DNA of 64,000 nt from Leptogorgia sarmentosa. Taxonomy: Eukaryota. A program made the translations under genes and the position numbers. The stretch is taken from contig OZ210885.1 in NCBI GenBank assembly GCA_964658305.1, positions 4,402,001 to 4,466,000 of the forward strand, in the 5' to 3' direction. This document shows positions 13,083 to 26,019 of this stretch, piece after piece. The notes under the pieces were generated by a model, which made no database searches, was not told where the DNA came from, and saw only the letters and a program-made list of their open reading frames with translations. Numbering within the stretch: the stretch's first letter is position 1; each line of letters starts with the position of its first letter.

Positions 13083-13591
13083 ATGTCTCGGCATCTCACT
13101 GACGTTATTGCAATCATTGATATGGACGGATTTTTTGTAAACAAAAATTTTTTCTGTAGAGAAGTAGGCATGCTAATGCTGAATCCTTCTTCTTCGATTT
13201 TGGTGTTCGTTGGGGCAAACTATCACCCAGAGACCAAAAAGCGTGTTGTTATGTACCAAAGTACATACATAAATTACCTTTTAGTGTCCCAACCGGAGTA
13301 GATGCCCTTCCTCTTTCCACCCTTCCTAAATTAATTTCTGAACTACGTCAAAACTCGAACTCAAAGCCTGTTATCGCATGTAAAGGAGGACATATCGAAA
13401 GGGATTTGCCAGCTGGTCTCAACATCCCCGCGGTCAATTTGGAAGATTTCCCAAAGGCTGAAAAGTTAATGGATGAATTGGTATGGTTGGAAACGTGTGG
13501 GAAGCATTTGACAGCTAACGCATATCAACATTGTCCCAAAGTGAAAGCATTTGGACTATGGCTGGAAAAGAAAGTGCAACAACAAAACTAG
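13083..13591 (+). pseudogene. Frameshifted copy of the Polinton-associated ORF at 14987
   Basis: Near-identical DNA to 14987-15505, with small deletions. Confidence 0.75.
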
Positions 13592-14864
13592 GGATCCAAG
13601 GATAGTGCAAAGTTTCTAAGGCCCGTTTCATACGTCTAATTTTGGTCGCATCGAATACAGTTCAAACAATGGATAATGAAGTTAGTCATCTCATTATTCA
13701 TTGTTTGAATTGCATTCGATGCGACCAAAATTCCACGTTTGAAACGGGCCTAAGAAGACATTAAAATCATATTTTGAAAATAATCACTATTTTATTGACA
13801 GGAGCAACTGGCAGTCGCAGCAGCGTGCGTGTTAAAAGCAAATCAGATAAATCTCTGACATCTGACCTTATTAAAATACATACACATCGTACTGATACTT
13901 CTGCGTCGTAATAAAATATCCAGTTTATTCACAACTTTCACAGTATCAGGCCAACGTTAAATTTACTTTTGCATGCCTGTATATGGTTTAGTTCTTTTAG
14001 TATCGAAAATTCTGTAAATCCCCGGTATGTCTGGTAAACAAACAACCGCGAGGCCGGAAGACGGGAAGAGTCGAAGACGGCGAAAACAAACACGAAAGCT
14101 ATAAATGCGAAAGCTCGCAAATATGTTGGCTATCATCAACCATATTAACTAAATACAATTTAAAATTATGGCTTTAAATTTAAAATTGTTGTGACGAGTT
14201 CTACTGTGTTACACATCTGAGTTTGCCCGCTATTTGCAAATTGCGATGGCAATGTCGGCCAACTAAATATTTTAATATAATACGCACGGCGGCTGGTTAA
14301 CAATAGCTATTTTAAATTGTGCATGGCGAGCCAAATACAAGTTTCTGCTAATAATGATAATGAATTTAAATCTCTATACTCATTGCTGATATATAAAGAA
14401 CATTTTAACTGCTTTATCAACGTATTCAGATATGTTGGCCACATATTATCATCATAGTGAATTACTGATTCACGGTCTCACTCTTAGCGTCCGCCATATT
14501 GTGTAATTTCATTCCCTGATTCCCCAGACATTGTGCTGAGTTGCAATTTTTGCAAAAACTTAAATTCCGGAGGGGCCTCCGCCATTGTGTACTGTATTGT
14601 GCGCTTCTTTGATCACATTTCTCATCTAACAAACTTCCGTATCGATGAGAACAACTGCAAATAATGATGACCAATGATATATAACTACAATCGAATCATT
14701 TTTGTTCAAACATTCCAAGGATATCAGTCAACTACGGAGTTTCGCATATCAGGAGAATTTGGGACGCTCCCCCCGGAGTTTACACTATGAGTGAATCGCT
14801 GAATCGCTGATGTGAATTTTCGCCCCTCATCACAATACTGCAAAGTTAAACTTTGCACTAAAAA
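13587..14864 (-). mobile_element. HINE-like element, copy 2
   Basis: Same termini as copy 1 (ACTAGGGATCCAAGGATAGTGCAAAGTTTC ... CTTTGCACTAAAAA) and a colinear body. Confidence 0.65.
13620..13750. mobile_element. 131-bp palindromic MITE (Harbinger/Tourist-like) with TAA TSD
   Basis: TAA|GGCCCGTTTCATACGT...ACGTTTGAAACGGGCC|TAA. Confidence 0.8.
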
Positions 14865-14986
14865 CGGTTCTTTTAAGCCCATCGTATTTATAAAAAAATA
14901 TTTTAAAAAATCCATATCTGTACTATGCAGTTGTAGCGTTACATGGGTATAAAAATCCCACGAAAACTAAGCATCATCAATTCAAA

Positions 14987-15505
14987 ATGTCTCGGCATCT
15001 CACTGACGTTATTGCAATCATTGATATGGACGGATTTTTTGTAAACAAAAAAATTTTCTGTAGAGTATTAGGCGTGCTAAAAGTTGGAAACGCTGCAGTT
15101 GAATCCTTCTTCTTTGATTTTGGTGTTTGTTGGGGCCAACTATCACCAAGAGACCAAAAAGCGTGTTGTTATGTACAAAAGTACATACATAAATTACCTT
15201 TTGGTGTCCTAACCGGAGTAGATGCCCTTCCTCTTTCCACCCTTCCTAAATTAATTTCTGAACTACATCAAAATTCAAACTCAAAGTCTGTTATCGCATG
15301 TAAAGGAGGACATATCGAAAGGGATTTGCTAGCTGGTCTCAACATCCCCGCGGTCAATTTGGAAGATTTCCCAAAGGCTGAAAAGTTAATGGATGAATTG
15401 GTATGGCTGGAAACGTGTGGGAAGCATTTGACAGCTAACGCATATCAACATTGTCCCAAAGTGGATGTGGAGGCATTTGGACTATGGCTGGAAAAGCAAA
15501 AGTGA
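14987..15505 (+). CDS. Polinton-associated protein, possibly a DEDD-like (RNase H fold) exonuclease
   Basis: Open 172-aa ORF downstream of pPolB. Has IIDMDGF..F.R.LG, KGGHIERDLL and terminal CxxH...HC motifs. Confidence 0.5.
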   Translation: MSRHLTDVIAIIDMDGFFVNKKIFCRVLGVLKVGNAAVESFFFDFGVCWGQLSPRDQKACCYVQKYIHKLPFGVLTGVDALPLSTLPKLISELHQNSNSKSVIACKGGHIERDLLAGLNIPAVNLEDFPKAEKLMDELVWLETCGKHLTANAYQHCPKVDVEAFGLWLEKQK

Positions 15506-15745
15506 AACACAAAAAAAAACCCAGTTCTTTTAAGACAATGACATTTATAAAAAATATTAAAAAATCAATATCTGTACTTAAACATGTTTAAAATGTCTAC
15601 GCACTGTTTCACCACACCAATTGCACTACGTTTGAAGCTAGGTTCACACTGCACAAACAACAGGCTGCAAAATTGACAATATGCTCGCATTCTTTTTTAT
15701 TGTTGATGGTTCTTAAAAGAAAAGAACCAGGATTTTTAAAAAAAA

Positions 15746-16057
15746 TTATTCGTCAAGAATCTGACACAGCTCCTCATTACCATGTTGCAAGGCTCCGGGA
15801 TCTTCGTAACGCAATATCTCCGTTTCGAATGTTAATACCTGTTTCAAAGAGGTTTCTTCCATGTAGGTTCGAAACTCCCGAAGTCTTGCATTCTCTTCCC
15901 TCAACCTTTCTAGCTTCTTGTTTCTCTCCGCTTCCTTATTCTTTTTTGTTGCTTGATAGTGTTGGAATCTGTTCTGCCTCTGGGTGTTCTCCATCTTCCA
16001 ACACTTGGCTGTCTTTTTGAGGTGATCCGCAGTTTTAATAGGGCGTCTTGGTGCCAA
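15746..16057 (-). CDS. Basic coiled-coil ORF of unknown function, possibly a Polinton remnant
   Basis: ORF track; K/R/E-rich heptads. No recognised domain. Confidence 0.25.
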   Translation of the reverse strand: MAPRRPIKTADHLKKTAKCWKMENTQRQNRFQHYQATKKNKEAERNKKLERLREENARLREFRTYMEETSLKQVLTFETEILRYEDPGALQHGNEELCQILDE

Positions 16058-16559
16058 ATTTGAATATGCATGAAAGGCATTTGCACATAATAACCTTATC
16101 TTTGCAATTCAATACTCTTCTAGCTATGCCGCCTTGGCGCCACCTAGCGCTTAATTTGAAAATAAAGGTTTTAGCCCTCTTTTACACAGTCACAATATCA
16201 AATTAAATAGGTTCAGAACAAGTGTGGCTCGTTAATATATGATATTATAAATTTAACACTACAACTATCATAGAAAAGGTAATAAAGTAAAAATGACCTC
16301 AAACTGAATGAACCCGATGTTGTGACTATGGGAATGCGGTACCGCGTAAACGGGTTCTTGATAACGATGTATTAACCATATGTAGCGCTACACTACATCA
16401 TTAATATGCACGTTTTCATGATGTCATCATTGACTGAATATTAGTTACTCACCGTCCTTTTGCATACTAATTACTCGCTAACCGCTGTCTGAACAAATTA
16501 ACGCTAACTTCTCTTTGCATAAATTAACGCTAACCACTGTCTGAATAAATTAACGCCCA

Positions 16560-17070
16560 ATGTACCCTATAACCTACTGAAATGGCTGTACGCAAACATG
16601 TCCAATGGAATGGCACGATCGGGATATGACAATTGCGAGAAGATACAACTTGGCGCTGAGAGATGAGCCAGTTGCAAGCGACCATTATTATTGCGATGTT
16701 CCCAATGTCATGGAACTATCTGAGTTTAAGCCGTCAGCAATATCGTATATTGCTGGTGAAATGTTTGGCCGTGTTGACAATGTGCAAAGAGAAGATTCCC
16801 AATGTGTTCCTTGTGTGGAAATCGAATGGCGGTCTGAAGTTACCCTGCAAACCTGTGTGGAATGCGGAGTGTTTAGTGCATTGAAGGAGCATATGTTGGA
16901 AAGACTGTGGTAAACAATCACGTTTACAGTTTGATCAAATGCTGTTCAAAGTGTTATGTGACAATTCACATGCACCATTTGGGTAAGCAAAGAAATGCAA
17001 AAATGCATGAAAGGTTGGTACGCAAACAGTTTTCGAAACTTACGTTGTTCAAAGGTCAGTAAGTTTGTTA
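16560..17070 (+). pseudogene. C-terminal fragment of a P-element (THAP9-like) transposase
   Basis: DHYY..ELSEFKPSAISYIAG, CxxC, GGLKLP and a terminal SK.VI motif. Confidence 0.5.
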
Positions 17071-18009
17071 TCTGGCATGTTATCTGCACGTTTTATATGT
17101 GTTCGAGGTTGGCTATGGCCATGTTACCTGCACATTTTATATGTGTTCGAGATTTTGTCAGTGGTTTTTGTTTGGCCTTAAAATTTTTTTAATACACTTA
17201 TGTTTTTCTTTTATTTATAGGTATAGTGAAGAATATAATATCTAATATCCTTTTTGTGCAGTTAACTAATGTTAAGTTTGCTATTTGAACTGAATATTTT
17301 CAAATCAGGCTAGTCTAACATCTAGTTTTGAATGCTTTTCCTAATATTTTTTCTTTTTATGTTTGTGCCACGACACTTACAGAAAAGTAAGGACATAAAA
17401 TTTTGACTTGTTGTGCTATTAAAATTAAATGGTGTAAAAAGCTTCTATATTACATTATAAACGTAGCTACACATACAACACCCCTCTTTTATCACTTATA
17501 CATGGTAGACTGTTATATTGTACCCGTAGCTATGTGTCACCATAATATGTGTCACTATATACTGTATGTTTACTTATTTTTTAGTGGCAGATGACTACGA
17601 GATGCTTAGGCAAATAGCTTCCATTTTTTATGTCATTGGTTTTAATACCAGGAGTGATCGGTGTGGATGATAGTAGTAATTACCTTGATATTAAAAGATC
17701 ACATAATAAGAAATACATTAACAAACTTTTTCCATTTTAGATATCCAATTACAACTAGGCAAGGGAGGAAATGGTAATAACTTAAATGGAAAATCAATCT
17801 TAATTATATCTGAAACCTGTCAGCAGAGCTGTTATGAATGGTTGCCCTGACATAAGTCACATAACAATACATTGACAAAAACTAAAATCATATCTTTCAC
17901 TTTAGATCAATTTGACTGGGCTGGACAAACTGAAAAGGAACGTAAGTTTGTACAACAATTACTAAGCATATTTATTGACACTGTCTACACAATCAAATTC
18001 ATCTAATTT

Positions 18010-18287
18010 CATCTTTGTTCAATTCTTCTACAGATAAGGAAGAGGATAAAATTGGTATGCATATAATGTACTAAACTACATCCCACTAGTTAGTGGATAA
18101 TTGCATGCATTTAATATATTATGTTTTATCAATTAGCTATTATTAATCATCTTTGTTCAATTCATCTCCAGATAAGAAGAGATTAAAATTGGTATGCATA
18201 TCATGTACTAAACTACATCCCACTAGTTAGTGGATAATTGCATGGATTTAATATATTATGTTTTATCAATTTGTTATTATTAATCAT
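18010..18287 (+). repeat. Tandem duplication of an approximately 138-bp intron-microexon unit
   Basis: CATCTTTGTTCAATTC..CAG ATAAG..AAAATTG GTATGCATA..TTATTAATC occurs twice. Confidence 0.85.
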
Positions 18288-19654
18288 TCTGATAAGTCAA
18301 CTTAAGGTCTTGACCAAGATCGTCGGGGTGCCTGAGGATGTGGCGGCTGGCGAGGTTGTGGTGGTGACCAACGTCGTGGCAGAGATCGTGGCCATGAATT
18401 TTGTGGTATGTTAGATGCTTTACGTAGAAATAACATTGCGAGTCACATGACAAAAATTTAGGACAGTGCTATAATTGCAGCCACAGAGGCCATCGTGCCG
18501 ATCGCTGCACTACATGTATGTATCTTGTAAATTTTTTCATGTTGTACAGTTAGTAGTGTTTCGTTATTTACAATTTGTAATTGTAGTGTAATCAATTTAT
18601 TGCTGACCATAAATTTTTTCCCCAACACGATCAAAGTGTTCAATTATTTTAAAAATTGCAAGAAATGTAATTTTAATTTAAATGTTTAAACTTTAAATTA
18701 TTCAAAGTTTTTTAATGGTTTAAAATTTAAATTAATACTGCAATTTTGGTGATTTTCATTGCAAACTAACCCAGATTTCATAATTTATATTGATATATTA
18801 TAAATCTTGGTTATGCCATTTGGCAGCAATTTCTAGATGAAGAACTAACAATATGTAAAATTTCACCCAGGAATACATGTTTTTATTTAGAATCTAATAT
18901 AAATCAAGCTGGGTTAGTTTTCTAGTTGTACATTTCAATTAAAAAATCCACTATCTACTTGCTACCATACTATAAACTATACCAAAACTATAATTAAACA
19001 TGAATGTGCCAGGTTTTTTTCCATCTATTTCCCTGCATATATACTGTAACAACAAAACACATAACATCATAGCATACCTTTTTAATTGATAAGTACAATC
19101 TTATTGGAAAATGATTGTATATTTTGTAAATAATGTTGTTCTAAAATAAATTCATAAAATTTACATTGCAGTTTTGCTATTGTCTCATTAGTCAAGTAGG
19201 GAAAAGTGCACACATGCTTAAATTGGCTTTAATTCTTAATGTAATGAACCCATCAATTTACAAACTAAAATAGTGAGGTATAATTAGCTTATTGTTCAAA
19301 AGCTGTTTGCCAAAAAAAACAGTTACATAACTGAATGAAATCTGATATCAAATATGATTATAATAACACTTATCATATAGTGTGGCCTGAATATTTATAG
19401 CGATAATAAGTGATGACAACTGGCACATGCATTCTTGCTTACATAATTCTATTTCTAAAAATGCATAGGATAATGATCTCCTGACTCACTCTTCAGCTGA
19501 TAAACTCTGCAATAAGAATGTGGAAGATGAGTACCAATTGTAATAAAGGATATTTCTCCAAAAGAATGCTGTGGTTTTCCAAAAGTGTTTATTTCAGCTG
19601 CAACATGCCCACCAGATGTCAGATGATTTTGCTCTACTGTTATCCACCAGGCAC

Positions 19655-19760
19655 CAAAAAACGTCTGCGCATGCGCAAGATTAAAACAACATGGCGGGAA
19701 ATTTAAATACCTAATTGAAAACAAAATAATTGCTGATAATTATTTAAAGGTAAGTGAAAC
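19655..19760 (+). promoter_or_regulatory. Promoter-like motif cluster followed by a splice donor
   Basis: GCGCATGCGC (NRF1-like), AACATGGCG (YY1-like), GCGGGAAA (E2F-like), then AG|GTAAGT near 19750. Confidence 0.3.
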
Positions 19761-22700
19761 AAATAAAAACAAATCGTAGAAAAAAGCATGATATGTTAAT
19801 ATAAAGTCTCCATGTATTTAAAGTGTGAAAGGAAATAGGATTTCAACTAAAAGAGAATAGGTTTGACAGGGAAGAGTGCGAACATTTCGCTGAAAAAAAC
19901 GGAATATCGACGTTCAAGGGGGAAAGTTAAGACAACCATGGGAAAGTTAAGAATATAAACCCGCTCAACTTGTAGGGGAAACATTGAAATTGCTTTAACT
20001 TTTGTTTGCACATGCTTCATGTGTCCTTGACTGGCGACATGTCTCAAGTAGGTAACATCTTTTTCTGGTATGTGTTTTTTATAAGATTTTAGAGCAATCG
20101 TCTATTTTCTACTACTGCATTGTCCAAGACAAGCAAACAGACTTCATGTTGACCATTGACCTTTGTTTCTTCTCTCCGCACCGATGACGATTTCGCTAAA
20201 TTTCACCAAGAAACAATGGACAAAGTAGGCCGACCAGCAAACAAGGTTGAAAAGAAAAACAATTACAAACAGCTTTACTTTGAGGTTCTAGATTCCATTG
20301 TAGGGATGTTAAGTGAACGTTTTCAAGATGACCCATTTTGAGTTGAGTCTTGTAAGTCTAAGGGTATTTACAACTTGGGATGGAGTGGTGCCACCTGACA
20401 AAATCAATCTGCTCAAAGAAATGTATGCACCCCCATTTGATGTGCCTATGCTTGAGAGCCAAATTTCTTTTATTTACAGGGATACGGACCAGTGGCAAAG
20501 CCAGCAGTCATGCAGTGCCCTAAAAATTTCCCCAAAAATGTTTAAAAATAAGTTTGGTGAAATTGTTCAGCATAGAATTATACTTAATCTTTGCACTTTA
20601 GTCATCATTTTTCTGTCCAAATCAATTGTCTTTAAGTGATATTTTTGCTTAGTGTTCTCGAATGTTATTTATTTCGGCTTTGTTACCATCACAACAGAGT
20701 GGTCATACATATTTTACATGCATGACCGATTGTGCAAATAGCTGTGTGGTCATGCATTTTCAAATTTCATGACTAGCTGTATTATTTTATAGTAAAGTTT
20801 ATTAATTTGTGATTGGTTAAAGGCGTTCACATACATGCAATGCAGCTAATTTTGATGGTTTGGAAATGGAATTTTCGATTTGCATGACTAACAGGCAACC
20901 AACCTGAATACAGGCTCTTCAAAGCTTTCAGCCTGAATGAACATGTGTTCTTGTGGCCAATCAAGCATGTCGAGCTTTTCTTCACTCCAAGTGAATATCT
21001 GGAAAACGATGATGTTATTTGCGAGTTGATAAAAACACATTTTCTGCTTGGGCCACTGCTTGACAGAATATTATTATTAAGCAGAAACCAACGCCAGATC
21101 CTTTCCCATCAGGAAAGGCTTTCAAATGTCCTGGTATTCGAAGAAAGAATGGCTGTGTGGATCTATTTTTAAACGTCGAATGTTTTGTTGGCTGTGTCTT
21201 TTGTTTTGCCCTGGTTCTTCTGAAACCTGGACAAAGAGTGGTTACAAGAACATACTGAGAAAAATGCGAAGGTGAAAACGTGAAGCCACACATGAATGCA
21301 TTCAAGACGTGGAAAGTGTTCAGCGCTTGTGAGGCTCACAACCTGAGGGTGGATGTGATGTTTTCCCAGGCGAGAAGAGAGGAAATCAAGCACCACAATG
21401 CAGAATAGAGAAATGCTTAGAACTATCCCCAAATGCTGTTCTGTTTTTAGGCAAGCAAGAGATGCCATTTAGGGGCCACAATGAGTCCAGTGATAGCCTA
21501 AATAAAGGTAATTATAGGGAATTACTTGAATGTTTTGCTGAACTTGATTCTGTCTTCGAACAATGTTTGCATGGTTGATTAGCCGAGTCTGAGGGAGGTG
21601 GGGATAGTCGATTTACTGGTGTATCTTCTGATACACAAAATGACCTATTCATTGCCTTGATGCTGTCATTGAAGATCAGATTGTACAGGAATTAAATGAC
21701 TGCACTTTCCTAAGTGTTCAAGTTGATGACACAACAGATGTGTCCACAAAAGAGCAGTTAAGTATAATTGTTCAATTAGACAGCGGCAGTGATATTGCTG
21801 AAAGATTTTTAGATTTGAAGTTTGTTGATGTAAGTGCAGCTAGAACTGCTGCCACTAACTGAGGTTGTTAAAGGTATTTTAGATGAGCATACTGGTATTA
21901 CTAACAACAAATTAATTATGCCAACATATGATGGTCCCTCAGTTGTCTAAACATATTGGTGGTGTTCAGACACTAATGTGTCAAAGTATCCTTTTGCAGC
22001 ACATAGATTGAATCTAGTTTTGAGTCAGGCTGTATCAATGATTGAGCCACTGGAACTGCCAGTGGATTAATATGTACTTGACTGAAAGTAATTAATTACT
22101 ATTTGACAAATTAATGTAAGCCATGTATTTGGGAAGTACACTATTAGTATTAGAATAGAAAAACTGTTGTTTTTTGCTCAATCCACCATACTATATGCAA
22201 TTCTGCAGGGGAGGGACACTGACTTTAGTTATGGCATGCACAGAGTGGAGAATTTCTATTCATTTCTAGGCTCGATTCGAAATGATGCAGAATTTGATGA
22301 CACCTATCAAAGTGCTGTTCACAATGGAGGTCCCCCTGTTACTAGTGCTGACAAGACGATAAATTATAAGCAATTGTACTTTGAGATTATAGATACAATG
22401 GAAGGTATGTTAAATGATTCCAAGATCTCCAAAGCTTTGCATTTCTTGATCTTTCCAACCCCAGACGTCTTAGAAATGAAAGGTACCATCAGAAAAAATG
22501 ACCTTTTGAAGGAAACATATGAGCCTCCATTTGACACTCCAATGCTTGAAAGTCAATTAAAATTTATTTATATGGACAGTGATTTTCATATATATGGAAA
22601 TATGGAAGTTTTCCAGCATGGAAATTTTAGGGTATATTTTTCAACTTAATATCCAATCTAGTTTGCCTGGGGTTGTGAAGCTGCTAAAGATGAATGGTGT

Positions 22701-22890
22701 GTTTTCCCTTACTAGTGCTTCACCTGTCTAAAGAGAGTAAAGACCTATCCTAGGGCAACCATGACCCAAGACCACCTGAGTCCCCTTTGCAGGATGTCTA
22801 TCCACAAAGATATCCTGAAGAAAAAGAAGGATGAGCATACCTTGCATGAGCAAGTACTTACAAAGTTTGTGGAAAAGCCCAGAAGACTTG

Positions 22891-25739
22891 CTAAAATTTT
22901 CATTTAAATATTAAAAATTTTCAAAAATGGTCGATTTAGATACTTTAGACCTTCTATCACTTCAGAAGCCTTTTTCTATGTAACTGATTCTATAAACCAC
23001 AAAAAAAGCAAATTCCTGAACGTATTGCTATTTCGCGCCTTAGCAACGCCCTTGGCAACGGTTGTTTTGGGGTTGAAAAAGCTTTTGTGCAATGAAAATT
23101 GAAAACTACGTTGTACATTTTACACGAAGTAGACCTGTGGCTTTTAGACTCTATTTTGAAACTTTCATGTGTTCCTTCCAACCTTGCGTTGTTGACAGGA
23201 TTTTCAACTTCGTAGCTGTAAAATTTCGTATTCTTGCTTTGCTGTGATCATCTATGGAACCATCTATGGAAGTGGAAGGTATCAAGAGAATTTTTGGGAG
23301 AAGTGAGGAAACCCGGCAACTCCAGTACACTGAGTATTTTGGCGATGGGGATAGCAAGGCATATAATGAGGTGGAGAACTGTTTTGATGGTGTTTATGTG
23401 GAGAAAAAAGAGTGTGTTGATCACATGCAGAAGAGAGTTGGAACGGCACTGAGAAAACTAAAAAAGAGCACAAAGGAATTGGGGGAAAAGGAAAGACAAC
23501 AGATGCATTAATTGATAAACTCCAGAACTATTATGGTATTGCCATCAGAGACAATGCAGGTGATTTATCTGCCATGAAGTCTGCAATTCATGCAAGCTTA
23601 TTTCATTGCCAATGATAAACTACTGAGTAAGTGTTTAGATGGAAAAACACAAAATCAAAATGAATCCTTAAATGGAATGATTTGGAACTGCTTGCCAAAA
23701 ACTGTGTTTGTTGGAGATGAGTCCTTAATTTTGGAGTATATGATGCAGAAGCCCACTTCAATATTGGCAACAAGGCAGCAGAAAACATCCTTTCTGAGTT
23801 GGGATTAGTGCCAGGACATTTCTTTAAAGAATATCTCTGTAAATGTGACAAACTAAGAATTAAGAAGGCTGAACACCGAAACACTCTTGAGGTAAAGCAA
23901 CAAAGGAAAAGCCTCCTGCGGCCAGAAAAAGTCTGACAACAATAAAGAGAGGGAGGGAACCACCTATAAAGCAGGAGCCTTCTAAACTAATTACCATGTC
24001 TAAGTACCTCTGTGCAGCTATTTAATGCTGATTGTTTTGATGATAAACTAAATATTAAACTTTAAATGCAATTTTCTCAAATTGCAGAAAATCAGCTCTT
24101 ACCAATATTGTAAGCAGGATATCTCAACTAAATCAGATAAATCTCTGACCTCTGACCTTATTAAAATTATATACACATCGTACTGAACAAATGATCTTTA
24201 ATGAGTTAAATCATAAAGTGCACGCCACTTCTGCGTCGTAATAAAACATCCAGTTTACTTGCAGTATCACGCCAACGTTAAATTTACTTTTGTATGCATA
24301 TATGCGGTTTAGTTCTTTTAGTACTGAAAATTCTGTAAATCCCCCGTATGTTGTGTAAACAAACAACCTAAGCTTAGTGCATGATGCCGCTGAGTCGTCG
24401 ACTCTTTTCATACCAGTGTTGTCGAGTCATATAGTCGCATTACGGAGCAACAAGGAGCAACTGGCCAAGTTTAATTGTACTAAATTATTCCTTTGCATCA
24501 GTACATTAGTAAGTGAATGGCATTACCGCGAGGCGACGAAGAGTCGGAGATGGCAAAAACAAACGCAAAAGCTACAAATGCGAAAGCTCGCAAATATGTT
24601 GCCTATTATCAACCAATTTAAAATTATGGCTATCTTGTTGTGACAAGTTCTACTGTGTTACAAATCTGAGTTTGCCCGCAATTTACGAATTGTGATGGCA
24701 ATGTCAGCCAACTAAATTTTTAATATAATATGCACGGCGGCTGCAGTAGGTATTTTAAATTGTCCATGACGAGCCAAATACAAGTTTTCTACTAATAATG
24801 ATAATAAATTCAAATCTTTAGATTCATTGCTGATATATAAAGAAATAACCGCTTTATCAACATATTCAAACATGTTGGCCACATTATATTATCATCATAC
24901 TGAATTACTGATTCACGGCCACACTCTTAGCATCCGCTATATTGTGTAATTTCATTCCCCAGAATTGTGCTCAGTTGCAATTTTTGCAAAAACTGAAATT
25001 CCAGAGGGGCCTCCGCCATTGTGTACTGTATTTCTGCGCTTGTTTGATCACATTTCACATCTAACAAACTTTCATATCAATGAGAACAACTGCAAATAAT
25101 GATGAGCAATGATATATAACTGCAATCGAATCATTTTTGTTCAAACATTTCAAGCATATCAGTCAACTACAGAGTTTAGCACATCAGGAGAATTTGGAAC
25201 GCACCCCCCGGAGTTTACACTATGAATGACTCACTGACTGATGTGAATCTTCCCCACTCATCACAATACTGTGCGAGTGCAATGTGTGCAATACTTTTGC
25301 ACTAAAAACGGTTGAAGCTATCTTAATGAAATTGTCAGGATAGACTCAGCATAACTAGTTCAAGGACTGTTAGTAAAATAATAATAGTCAGTTGAGTAGT
25401 TTTAGAGAAATGTGTACTTCGTCTTAAACTGCCATACTGTTTTCAATTATTTTGTCTGTAAAACTGTTAAAAATACTTCATTCCTAAAACTTTTACTTTG
25501 GCTCTTAGACCTTGTGTTTTTGAATAAATAAAAATCATTTCATCATTTTATTATTGTTAGTTATGTAGAAATCATGTTTACAAAATGCCATCGATTTTGT
25601 CATTGGGCATGGCATATCTTGATAACCATGACAACAATACTGTGTGTTAATGTCAGCAAACATAGCCTAACAACATACTAAAAGATCAGTTTGATAGCAT
25701 AAAAATAAAAGACATAAAAAATTTAGTAGTGGACCCCCT
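22891..25739 (+). mobile_element. Kolobok (Hydra/P-type) element with an internally deleted transposase at 23240-23985
   Basis: SMEVEG..YTEYFGDGDSKAY..ECVDHMQKRVG..CLDGKTQNQNESLN. Right end TAGTAGTGGACCCCCT; left end eroded. Confidence 0.65.
24130..25308 (-). mobile_element. HINE-like element, copy 3 (one end truncated)
   Basis: Colinear with copy 1 from AATCAGATAAATCTCTGACC to TTTGCACTAAAAA. Confidence 0.65.
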
Positions 25740-26019
25740 TTTATGTGAATGCTTGGTCAGATGGTCATAATAACCTACCCAATATTACCCTAATGTGGGA
25801 AACTGCCCCTTTATATTTTTGTTCATTTTTTAGGTTCTAAATTTTATTTTCTCTTCTCTTTATAGTTCGACTGTTGGGGCAAGACCCACTTAACTGTGGT
25901 TACTCCATTGCAATGTCCATGTTCTTATTTGGGGAGATCCACCTAGTTCACTTCTCTAGTAGTGGTTACCGCTTGGACGACTGTCCATGTCTGGCTATTT
26001 GATTCATTCAAGTTTTAAA

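Noticed and set aside
16380..16560. Short repeats AAATTAACGCTAAC, considered as a CRISPR array or Polinton TIR
   Set aside because: Irregular and degenerate, with no unique spacers, in a eukaryotic context. No AGT-repeat terminus or partner TIR was found.
22891..25739. KolobokP-type long terminal direct repeats
   Set aside because: The left and right non-coding parts do not match as direct repeats.
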